A stretch of DNA of 64,000 nt from the IMG/VR virus record IMGVR_UViG_3300032285_004186; one strand, 5' to 3'. Under the pieces are notes generated by a model, which saw only the letters and a program-made list of their open reading frames with translations, was not told where the DNA came from and searched no databases. The position numbers were made by a program, and so were the translations under genes. The stretch comes from a virus. The stretch's first letter is position 1, and each line of letters starts with the position of its first letter. Positions 48,493-56,828 of the stretch are shown here, one piece after another.

Positions 48493-48963
48493 TTAATCTG
48501 ATTCTTCTTCATCTTCGCTATTATCTTCTAGATCTAAAAAATTAGTTTGTTGTTGTTGGAGAAATATGGTTTTTAAAAATTCCATTATAGCATCTCTGTC
48601 TCTGGAATTGTTAGCGTGCTGAACAATTATTCGTTCACCTTTTGTATCATATCCAAATAAAATATAACTATCTAGATATTCTGTAATGACCGATTTCAAC
48701 AATAAATAATCTCTTTCTTGAATATTGTTTTGGGTTTGATTTTCTTTTACCCAAACATCCAAAGATTTTTGAAGCTCTGCGTCGTTAATGGAATTGAATA
48801 TATTATTACGCACTTCTTCCAAAACTGCAGCTGTCGCGGTTGGATCCATGCCAGACAAAGAAGGGACGGCCACAGAAATATGTAGCCGACCCTTTTTATT
48901 ATTTTCTGGTTGAGGATTTTTGTCAGTATTATCTTTAGGCGAGGGTTTCTTGCGTGAAGCCAT
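48493..48963 (-). CDS. Hypothetical protein
   Basis: Likely ATG at 48963 (MASRKK); acidic C-terminus. Confidence 0.6.
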   Translation of the reverse strand: MASRKKPSPKDNTDKNPQPENNKKGRLHISVAVPSLSGMDPTATAAVLEEVRNNIFNSINDAELQKSLDVWVKENQTQNNIQERDYLLLKSVITEYLDSYILFGYDTKGERIIVQHANNSRDRDAIMEFLKTIFLQQQQTNFLDLEDNSEDEEESD

Positions 48964-49273
48964 ATGTAGAAGACTTATTGTTGATACCAAATTTAACAAG
49001 GTATTCAATAATTACCTCAATGGAACTGGTTTTAATTTTAAACCGTTCTGGTACATACTGACCTCCGTCATAAATCTCAAAATATTCTTCACCCAATTCT
49101 CTATGATTATTGTAACAAGTTACCAATACAGATGCAACTCCCGGGTCTACAATAGCTGTCCAAGATCTCGGATCACCTTGTGAATATTCTGCAAAGAGCT
49201 TATCTGCAATGTATCCACTATCTCGTAGACGCTTGATGAAGTAACTGATTGTTGTTATTTTATTTTTTGCCAT
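48935..49273 (-). CDS. Hypothetical protein
   Basis: 112-aa ORF in the replication operon. Confidence 0.7.
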   Translation of the reverse strand: MAKNKITTISYFIKRLRDSGYIADKLFAEYSQGDPRSWTAIVDPGVASVLVTCYNNHRELGEEYFEIYDGGQYVPERFKIKTSSIEVIIEYLVKFGINNKSSTYGFTQETLA

Positions 49274-49285
49274 ATGTTTTGTTTG

Positions 49286-50038
49286 TTATTTTACTAATGC
49301 TGAAATGATATATTTTAATTCTACGTCTTCTTCTTCTTTGTTTTGAAATACAAAGACTTTATATTGTGTATTAAGTCTTACTTTAATTTCTGATCTACAA
49401 TGAGCTAGATTCTTAAAGACTTCCATACTCAAAGGAACGGGTTCGTCTATAGAATCACCGGTAAAAGAAGGAGCGACTACCATATTAATGTGATCTACAT
49501 TTTGTAATGTTTTGTCATTAATTTCTGCCATTACTCTGTCTTCTTTTGTAGAAAAATAAATCTTAGTAAGATCTGAAGCAAAGGCATAACCAGACATTAA
49601 CTGTTTAATTTTGCTTGTGTTAATAAAAAATTCTGTATCAAATTTAAGAGATGCAATTTTATTAATATTAACTGGTGCTTCCTTGACCACACTATCATCC
49701 ACTAAATGATATTTAAAAAAGGTTTTTTCTCGAGTATCATGATCTATGTTTTGGCATTTGATGAAATTATCTTCATTTTCTATAGAAAATTCCCCATTGT
49801 CACCTAAACATTCTAAACCTGATAGTAATTTTTTAATACTAATCAAATTTAACCGAACACTAGACGAGATAGAATTTGGTAATTTGGCTTTAGCATATAA
49901 AATAACTGTACTATCTATTGAAGAACACACTGTGTACAAAGAATCTTCATTAGCATTCAAAACACAGCTTTCCGTCAAACGATTTACTGGTTTGAGTAAC
50001 TTCTCTAAATAACTTTTAGGAAGAGGAATAAAAGCCAT
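49286..50038 (-). CDS. Sliding clamp (gp45-like)
   Basis: 250 aa with the two-domain beta/alpha pattern of a clamp, FKYHLVDD, C-terminal LKYIISALVK; replication context. Confidence 0.65.
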   Translation of the reverse strand: MAFIPLPKSYLEKLLKPVNRLTESCVLNANEDSLYTVCSSIDSTVILYAKAKLPNSISSSVRLNLISIKKLLSGLECLGDNGEFSIENEDNFIKCQNIDHDTREKTFFKYHLVDDSVVKEAPVNINKIASLKFDTEFFINTSKIKQLMSGYAFASDLTKIYFSTKEDRVMAEINDKTLQNVDHINMVVAPSFTGDSIDEPVPLSMEVFKNLAHCRSEIKVRLNTQYKVFVFQNKEEEDVELKYIISALVK

Positions 50039-50040
50039 TG

Positions 50041-50526
50041 TTATTTTGAAGAGTTAATTTTTTCTTTCTCGGTAATGTGATTGAAAACTTTGCCTAACAT
50101 TCCAGATATTTTACTAAATGTAGCATCTATCTTTAAAAGTGTTGATTTAATGGTTTTAATATCTTCACTCAATTCTGATAAAGTACTATTACTCACAATT
50201 GCTGGTGCTTGATGAGGCAAAGATGCTGAAGAAGCATATGATGAAGACTGTGGAATTGGTTGGGTATTTTTATCAACTAAACTCACACTAACATCCGGAG
50301 CCATGTTTTGAACTATCTGTTCTGGGATGTATCCTTTATTAACTGGATCAAAGGTATTGGCTCGTGGTGGTGGCCCACCTTTCAACGGTGCTATAAAACT
50401 ATTGATATCTATCCTGTTAGCTGGTTGGGATCTATCACTAGTAATACTGTCTACGTGCTTAAGATGTCCGCCAACCATGCTAGCTAGCATGGCGGCGTCT
50501 CTATCAAATTCTTTTTCTGAAATCAT
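50041..50526 (-). CDS. Hypothetical protein (C-terminal coiled coil)
   Basis: 161-aa ORF. Confidence 0.6.
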   Translation of the reverse strand: MISEKEFDRDAAMLASMVGGHLKHVDSITSDRSQPANRIDINSFIAPLKGGPPPRANTFDPVNKGYIPEQIVQNMAPDVSVSLVDKNTQPIPQSSSYASSASLPHQAPAIVSNSTLSELSEDIKTIKSTLLKIDATFSKISGMLGKVFNHITEKEKINSSK

Positions 50527-50527
50527 A

Positions 50528-51370
50528 TTACTTTAAATCTCTACCAGCATTAATAACGGACACTGCTATAGAAGAATGAATACTCTCATAGTGATTAACA
50601 ATGACCAGATAATCTTTGATGCGATTATCTAAATCTTTGTCTAATTCAACTGCAACTTTACGAACCATGTCTTCAACAAAAACTGGATTTTCATACATCA
50701 ATTCTGTTTGATAAGCTTCATCAACTCTCTTCAAAGCATTGACAATTGGTGCTGACGAACTTTTCTCCACTGCTGTAATCAGTTCTTCGAGCCAGTACAC
50801 TTCTCCGTCTGTGCCTACATTAGCTAATTCAACGGTAACATCTGCATAAGACTGCTGATTATGTGCTCCATAATCTGAGATTTCTTTAGAACATGGACAA
50901 AGAGAAGCATAAAGAACGTTACCATGAAGATAAAATTTCTTTTCTCCATTTACTAAACGTCCTTCTAAAGAACCTTGATAATCCATGTGAGAGACTACTT
51001 TTGAAACCGGAGCTTCCTTCTTGAGAAAGTAATCAAATTTAATCTTAATATAAGCATTTTGACTCTTAAGACGATTCTTGCACTCATCCAAAAGAATGTT
51101 CATCACTTCATCAATACGATGGGTTTTATTAGCAAGAACTTCCTCTACTAGAATACGATAACGACTCATATTAGTACCCTTAACCTCTGGGGTGAGATCT
51201 GTATACATACTAATAATGGCTTTGGTTGGATTAATGGTTCCGTCTTTGCGAACAATTTCCATAGGAACAACAATATTACGAGATCCTACCTTGGGAATAT
51301 ACTTCTTAGGAAAGCCGTCTAATGTGTTTTGGATGTCGGGAATATCAGCGTTAGTTTTAATGCGTGGCAT
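50528..51370 (-). CDS. folE2: GTP cyclohydrolase I type IB
   Basis: IPDIQ, KGTNMSR, LCPCSKEIS, GAHNQ, LKRVDE, YENPVFVEDMVR, ESIH. Likely ATG at 51370 (MPRIKT). Confidence 0.93.
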   Translation of the reverse strand: MPRIKTNADIPDIQNTLDGFPKKYIPKVGSRNIVVPMEIVRKDGTINPTKAIISMYTDLTPEVKGTNMSRYRILVEEVLANKTHRIDEVMNILLDECKNRLKSQNAYIKIKFDYFLKKEAPVSKVVSHMDYQGSLEGRLVNGEKKFYLHGNVLYASLCPCSKEISDYGAHNQQSYADVTVELANVGTDGEVYWLEELITAVEKSSSAPIVNALKRVDEAYQTELMYENPVFVEDMVRKVAVELDKDLDNRIKDYLVIVNHYESIHSSIAVSVINAGRDLK

Positions 51371-51425
51371 ATTTTTATTTGGTTTTTTGTTATTATATTT
51401 TAAAGTAAACTTTTGTCTCCAAGAA

Positions 51426-52301
51426 TTAAAGATCCTTGAGAATGTCTTTGATGCGGCTGTCAACTGGAATTTCATCTTCATCTTCTGAAACGACTGTTGC
51501 TTTTTGTGGAGTTGTTTTGGCTACAGATGCTGGTACAAATGAATCTTCTTCATCTTCTTCCACTGCTACAGATTTTGTAGGTGCACTAGCTGATTCAGTT
51601 TGTCCGAGGAAGTGAATATTAAGAGCCTTGGCTACCTCTTCATAAGATTTATGTTCAAAAATAGTATCTAATGATTTGACCGAATCATAAACTGTGTCTA
51701 AATCTGGGTCTCCTTCTAATGAGGAGGGTGAGGTAAATTTAGAAGCCACATATGTAGGATATCCTCCTTCATTGGTTTCTACCTTGATACGAAGATTGCA
51801 TCCTCTTTCAGAAAGGTCAAAAATTTTCATGCCCAAATCATCTGCGTCATCTCCTGAAATAGCTGATGTGATAATCTTATCCAATTGTTTTCCAAAACGA
51901 AGAATCTTAACCTGGCCTTGATTCTCTGGATTGGTGGGGTCTTTAATGACGTAAACATTGGCAAGCCAATTTTCATTACGTTTGATGGGTTTAATACGTT
52001 CAATTTCTGCTTTGTCTTGATTGCGGTAAATCTTAGAACGATACTCATCAATAGGACAACGTTCTCCATATGTGGCTGGACACAAGCAAGAAACCAGTTC
52101 ATTGGTTACTACACTATTCCAAAGGTGATGATAATAGTGAAACAAGGTTCTTTCTGGATTTGCTAGATTCGGAATAAGACGAACAAGGTATGTCTTACCA
52201 ATTTCTAGCTTCATAAAATCTTTAAAGCTACCTCCTTCACCGGAGGTCTTTTTTGTGAGGGCTTCTTTAATGGATTCGAATAGGTTGGCGGTGTATTTCA
52301 T
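51426..52301 (-). CDS. Single-stranded DNA-binding protein (gp32-like)
   Basis: YLVRLIP, YYHH, CPATYGERCPI, NVYVIKDP, GQVKILRFGKQL, acidic C-terminus. Confidence 0.88.
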   Translation of the reverse strand: MKYTANLFESIKEALTKKTSGEGGSFKDFMKLEIGKTYLVRLIPNLANPERTLFHYYHHLWNSVVTNELVSCLCPATYGERCPIDEYRSKIYRNQDKAEIERIKPIKRNENWLANVYVIKDPTNPENQGQVKILRFGKQLDKIITSAISGDDADDLGMKIFDLSERGCNLRIKVETNEGGYPTYVASKFTSPSSLEGDPDLDTVYDSVKSLDTIFEHKSYEEVAKALNIHFLGQTESASAPTKSVAVEEDEEDSFVPASVAKTTPQKATVVSEDEDEIPVDSRIKDILKDL

Positions 52302-52310
52302 GGTTTTGTT

Positions 52311-52979
52311 TTAGTTTGGTTTAATATTAACTGATTGTTTGGTTTGATTCAACGTATGTTTTATAAATTGTTCAATTGTTCGTGTTCCTTCTTTAACTAA
52401 TGTTTTAGTTTTAGAAGAAAGATGGTATCTATTACGAAAAGCAAAAAAATTGTCTGCAATGTTAGTATCCCATACTGCATTGATAGTCTGTTCATGTAAT
52501 GTAGAAAAGTTTAATAATTCCATTAAACAATACGGGTTAATAGATTTGGTTCTATAATGCTCCAACCATGCCGGGCCGTTACCTATTTTGAAATTAATAT
52601 AATGTTCCAATAAAATTTGATTGTTTAAACAAAACTTAGTTATGAATCCTAAACCCTCTTTGATGGAGTCTAATTGTTTTTCTGGAGACTGATCTAATTT
52701 TTGTTTTTGTGCTAAAGAATAATTTTTAATAGCTGCTCTTCCTATAAAAAATTTTAAAGGAGGTGTAGGTTCTTCGGGGTGTAAAATTTTAGAAGCACTG
52801 AAAAAATCATCCATGTTTATATGTTTAAACTTGGAAAAAAATAAGGACAATTTCTGCAAATACAAAAGAGTAGAAGAAGGAATATCTGAAAAATCTTTGC
52901 GTGGTTTCCAGGCTTCACCGTTGCGAAAATGCTTAAGGTGACAATTGTAAATTTGTTGTTCTAATGAAGAAATGCTCAA
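52311..52979 (-). CDS. Hypothetical protein, possibly helicase loader (gp59-like)
   Basis: 222-aa basic helical protein directly upstream of gp32, as T4 gene 59 is; YNCHLKHF..RKDF..LQKL. Weak motif support. Confidence 0.4.
   Translation of the reverse strand: MSISSLEQQIYNCHLKHFRNGEAWKPRKDFSDIPSSTLLYLQKLSLFFSKFKHINMDDFFSASKILHPEEPTPPLKFFIGRAAIKNYSLAQKQKLDQSPEKQLDSIKEGLGFITKFCLNNQILLEHYINFKIGNGPAWLEHYRTKSINPYCLMELLNFSTLHEQTINAVWDTNIADNFFAFRNRYHLSSKTKTLVKEGTRTIEQFIKHTLNQTKQSVNIKPN
52324..52352 (-). promoter_or_regulatory. Sigma70-like promoter for gp32
   Basis: TTGAAT-17 nt-TAATAT, followed by a 22-nt G-free stretch before ATG 52301. Confidence 0.5.
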
Positions 52980-53284
52980 GATTCTAACTTGGTTTGTTGT
53001 TTTTGTTTAAATCTAAAAATTTTCTTATAGATATTAGGAGTAAGGCTCAAATATGTTTTAATAATGGTTTGAAGATTGTGGTCACCTAACAATCCGAAAT
53101 ATATTTTTTGCGTCTTTTTATCTTCAATTAAAATTTTTAAAAAGTTAAGAAAGTTTAACTTCTTTCCTCGGGAAATGCAAACAAAAGAACCGAATTTTAA
53201 AGTAATATTTTCAAATTCTGTTAGATCCGACATTTCTGAAGGATTCATTAAATCTTCTATTTGTTGGGAGGAAGTAATAATCAT
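52976..53284 (-). CDS. Hypothetical protein
   Basis: 102-aa ORF, tight packing. Confidence 0.6.
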   Translation of the reverse strand: MIITSSQQIEDLMNPSEMSDLTEFENITLKFGSFVCISRGKKLNFLNFLKILIEDKKTQKIYFGLLGDHNLQTIIKTYLSLTPNIYKKIFRFKQKQQTKLES

Positions 53285-53287
53285 GAA

Positions 53288-54181
53288 CTATCTATTTACC
53301 GGGACTAGGTTTTTTGTAACCTCCATAAACAAAGGAGTGATAATTCCTCCACCAGCATGGACGTGTCCACCACCATCACAAATTTTTTCTGCAAAGTTTC
53401 CTACATTAATAGGATCTTCTTTTGTGTATTGTCTAATGCTTACCTTTTCTGATTTGCTGTTAATGAAAAAGAAAACATCCGGACGATGCCGTTGCATCAA
53501 AATGTCATTTGTAATATTAGAAAAATTTTCAGACATAATGGCCAATGTTTTCTTTTTCTTATTACCAAAATTAATATAACCTTCAAAGGTGGGTGTTTTG
53601 TCAGCTTCGTTGGTTGCTTCTTTTTTGATAAAATTAATAGCTTTTTTTTGTTCTACAGAAAATCCTTTGAATCCTGAAAAATAATCTTTGATAAATTTTG
53701 AAAAATTGTTTTTGTATTCTGACCAAAAAAGAATATTTAAGTCATAAGATTCTGGAATTTCTAAGCGATAACAATCATAATCATCCGCCAAGGCTATAAG
53801 TGTTTTTTGTGAATCTGAGCGTGCTTGAAAATTTTCTCCTTTAAAGATTTGAGCCATCAATAAAGCATTAGATGAAATAACTTTATGAATAATTTTTGCT
53901 TTATTAAATCTTGGTATGAAATCTACCGATGAATCGTGATGGTCTATAAAAGTAATATTAGACCTGTCCAAATCTGGTAAGAATTCTTCTCTCAAAGATA
54001 AATCTAAAATAAAAGTTTGACAAGGTTTATTGATTTTTTCTAAAGACTTTTTAATGTTATCAATCTGTAGGTTGTTGACACTGTCATAAGTGATGGTGTC
54101 CTCTGGCAAAGCCCATAATAATGTTAATAAGCTAACTGCTCCGTCTAAATCTTTATGAGTATATGCGTGATAACAAGCCAT
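53288..54181 (-). CDS. DHH/DHHA1 phosphoesterase
   Basis: THKDLDG, ILDL, FIDHH, ADDYD, VSIR, GGGHVHAGG. Confidence 0.9.
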   Translation of the reverse strand: MACYHAYTHKDLDGAVSLLTLLWALPEDTITYDSVNNLQIDNIKKSLEKINKPCQTFILDLSLREEFLPDLDRSNITFIDHHDSSVDFIPRFNKAKIIHKVISSNALLMAQIFKGENFQARSDSQKTLIALADDYDCYRLEIPESYDLNILFWSEYKNNFSKFIKDYFSGFKGFSVEQKKAINFIKKEATNEADKTPTFEGYINFGNKKKKTLAIMSENFSNITNDILMQRHRPDVFFFINSKSEKVSIRQYTKEDPINVGNFAEKICDGGGHVHAGGGIITPLFMEVTKNLVPVNR

Positions 54182-54190
54182 TTGTTTAAA

Positions 54191-54793
54191 TTAATAACTA
54201 ATTATACCAATCATTGCTATATTATGCGGACGAGTTTCTGAAGCTGATCGAGCATTATTATTCGTAGCATTGTCTGATAATTTAGAAGAATACGCATTGA
54301 CTGCTCCGATAGAAGTATGGCCTTGCGGACATTCTCCGCCGTATCCCCATCCAGAAGAACCATAAGCTGTACTCCAACCTGCATACCACATCATACCATC
54401 TGCATGACTATGATCTTGGACTGCATCAGATTGAATTGATCCCATCGTTCTACCAGAGTCTATGCCTCTACCGTGATCCCATCCTCTAATAAATTCTCCT
54501 CGTAGATCTGGTATACAAAAATTAGAACCACCGCCGCCGTACGTATACCCTATGGCTGCAAATAAATCTGTATATAAAGGATCAGAAATACTTAAACTTC
54601 TGCCATTACATTCTAAAAATCCAGTTGGTGTATTTAAAGCTGCTGTGAAAAATATAGCACCAACTGGAAATATTAATTTTTTAATACTTTGAAGTGTGGT
54701 TGTATAAGTCGAATTGCTGTGATTTATAAGCAATAAATCTGTCACAAGTGGAGTTGTGGTGGAAGGAAATTCTGAAATTTTTTTATTAGCCAT
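54191..54793 (-). CDS. Tail collar domain fibre protein
   Basis: PVGAIFF...PTGFLECNG..LFAAIGYTYGG..FCIPDLRGEFIRGWD..ETRPHNIAM. Confidence 0.88.
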   Translation of the reverse strand: MANKKISEFPSTTTPLVTDLLLINHSNSTYTTTLQSIKKLIFPVGAIFFTAALNTPTGFLECNGRSLSISDPLYTDLFAAIGYTYGGGGSNFCIPDLRGEFIRGWDHGRGIDSGRTMGSIQSDAVQDHSHADGMMWYAGWSTAYGSSGWGYGGECPQGHTSIGAVNAYSSKLSDNATNNNARSASETRPHNIAMIGIISY

Positions 54794-54800
54794 AACTTAT

Positions 54801-56183
54801 TTATTCTTCGTCTAAAGATTCTATTATTCTAATAGTATCAGACACACTATTTACATTTCCGTTAGAACCTGGCAACTGTTTTTTAGGGACAGTAAAAGAC
54901 TTAGAAACGTCATCTGGATCTTTCAACGATAAAGTAGGATAATCAATTTCTAAAATAGTATGACATTCTCTAGGTCCAAATCGATTCTTGGTAATACCTA
55001 AATGAATAATACCTAATTCAAAATCTTCTTCTTCTGTCCAAATAGGAAATTGACAATCTGCGGTATGAGAAAGACCCATGGATTCACTGGTAGTCTCTAG
55101 ACCCGGATTAGATTCATTGTATGCTGACCGATTAGTTTGAGTGGCTGTAATTAAAGGACAACTGAAATAATAAGTTAATGCTCTAATCTGTTCTGTAATT
55201 TGTTTAATAGATTCATAAGAATTCATTCCCTTTTCCGGAGGTGCTAATAGGTTAAGATAATCTAAAACAATGATATCTGGCTTAATTCCCTTACGTACTA
55301 AACGGTCTAGGAATGATTTAATCTGTAAAGGTGTTACAGACTTAGGAGGAAATTCTTTAATGATTAATTTAGACATTTTGTGCTGAATCTTATATTTTTC
55401 TATGCTTTGTTTAAGTGGTTCAATTTGCATAGACAATTCATTCATGGCTATTTTAGAAAGCTGTGAACTTATGCGTTTGGCATATACTTGTTCAGACATT
55501 TCCAAAGAAATTAACACTACAGTTTTATTTTGATTTAAAATGTTAGTAGCGATATTGCCGAGGAAGATAGACTTACCTACATTAGTTACTCCGTAAAATA
55601 CATACAAAGCTCTGCCTGCTGCCATAAACCCCCCTCCAATTCTTTCATCTAACCACTTCCACCCTGAAGGAATAACATCAAACACTTTTTGTAAATCTTC
55701 ACAATGTTCATCTATGCCTTCTAAATAATCAAATCCATAATTTTCTACTAGATTAATGCTGCAAGCTTCCTCAAAATCTTGCAATATTTTGGCTGTATTA
55801 ATTTCACCAGATTGTACATCTATATTGGTTTTTAATACAGTGCTATACACTGCTTTTTCTCTAAAGAATCTTTCTGAATTTTTTAATAAAACTTCTTTAT
55901 CATAAGATTTGTCTATGCTATCAAAACCTAAAGCTACTTGCTTCAAAGCATTACGCTTTTCTGCATCTACCATATGTACTTTAAGTTCTGTAATATTTGG
56001 TATCTTATGATAATTGGCATAATATTCCGACAATGATTCAAATACTGAGCGAATGTTTTTGTCTTCAAAGAAACTTGGCTTGGCGTGTTCTATAATACTT
56101 TCCAAATATATTGGATCTATTAAAGCATTATAAATGATAAGCTTTTCAAAGAGAGCTAGGTCTATCGGAAGAGAAGACTTCAT
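54801..56183 (-). CDS. Replicative DNA helicase (gp41/DnaB family)
   Basis: GVTNVGKS, SLEMSE, IIKEFP, VLDYLNL, TATQTNR, KNRFG. Confidence 0.95.
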   Translation of the reverse strand: MKSSLPIDLALFEKLIIYNALIDPIYLESIIEHAKPSFFEDKNIRSVFESLSEYYANYHKIPNITELKVHMVDAEKRNALKQVALGFDSIDKSYDKEVLLKNSERFFREKAVYSTVLKTNIDVQSGEINTAKILQDFEEACSINLVENYGFDYLEGIDEHCEDLQKVFDVIPSGWKWLDERIGGGFMAAGRALYVFYGVTNVGKSIFLGNIATNILNQNKTVVLISLEMSEQVYAKRISSQLSKIAMNELSMQIEPLKQSIEKYKIQHKMSKLIIKEFPPKSVTPLQIKSFLDRLVRKGIKPDIIVLDYLNLLAPPEKGMNSYESIKQITEQIRALTYYFSCPLITATQTNRSAYNESNPGLETTSESMGLSHTADCQFPIWTEEEDFELGIIHLGITKNRFGPRECHTILEIDYPTLSLKDPDDVSKSFTVPKKQLPGSNGNVNSVSDTIRIIESLDEE

Positions 56184-56189
56184 TATAAA

Positions 56190-56227
56190 ATTATAAAGGC
56201 TATTGACGTTAAAATCAATAGCCTTTA
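56190..56227 (-). promoter_or_regulatory. Helicase promoter overlapping a 13-bp inverted repeat (terminator or operator)
   Basis: TAAAGGCTATTGA-8 nt-TCAATAGCCTTTA (56194-56227); minus-strand TTGATT(56218)-17 nt-TATAAT(56195), 6 nt before the ATG. Confidence 0.7.
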
Positions 56228-56248
56228 ATTAAGTGTTACACTTTAAAT

Positions 56249-56725
56249 TTATTTTGATAAATCAATATAAATTGCTGAATTTTCAGCATGTTCCCACACT
56301 TCAACTTTTTCCACCCAACACCTATAACCATACTTGTCTGAAAGATATTGCCTAGCTGCATTGTAACACCACTCTGCTGTTTTTTCAATTCCTACACCTG
56401 ACATGACTCGAAGGTCACACCCTCCATTATCATGCAATTGAATAAAAGATGGTAACAAAGGATCATCTTCTGCAATACATAACGTATGATCAAATTGTTT
56501 TTGCAAAATAGCCTTAAGATCTTTAAGACCACCGAAGTCTACTGCCCAATTTTTATCATCTAATTTAGAACAACCAAACCAAAATTTTGCTTTAAGTTCG
56601 TAGCCATGAACATATGAACACCTTTTAGAATTTGGTCCTGCATCTAATCTTTCGTTGTCTAAACCTGCCCGCCATTGTCGAAAGGCACAGCTGCCTAATT
56701 TAATAATCTTTGTCGATTCAAACAT
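56249..56725 (-). CDS. queD: 6-carboxy-tetrahydropterin synthase (QueD/PTPS-like)
   Basis: SCAFRQ, RCSYVHGY, VDFGGLK, FDH, GIEKTA, VWEHAENSA. Confidence 0.85.
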   Translation of the reverse strand: MFESTKIIKLGSCAFRQWRAGLDNERLDAGPNSKRCSYVHGYELKAKFWFGCSKLDDKNWAVDFGGLKDLKAILQKQFDHTLCIAEDDPLLPSFIQLHDNGGCDLRVMSGVGIEKTAEWCYNAARQYLSDKYGYRCWVEKVEVWEHAENSAIYIDLSK

Positions 56726-56726
56726 A

Positions 56727-56828
56727 TTATTTCCTCTTAATGGTTTTAGTAATGGTGGTTGTTTTACGAATAGTCACATTACCTTTCTTTATAGACTTGA
56801 CTCGTCGTTGTGTAATTTTTTTAGTCAT
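56727..56828 (-). CDS. Tiny very basic protein (33 aa); not in the ORF track
   Basis: MTKKITQRRVKSIKKGNVTIRKTTTITKTIKRK; overlaps the uvsX stop and ends 1 nt before the queD ATG. Confidence 0.55.
   Translation of the reverse strand: MTKKITQRRVKSIKKGNVTIRKTTTITKTIKRK

Noticed and set aside
51371-51481. N-terminal extension of folE2 given in the ORF track
   Set aside because: It overlaps the gp32 end and an A-rich intergenic tract; ATG 51370 fits the family start better.
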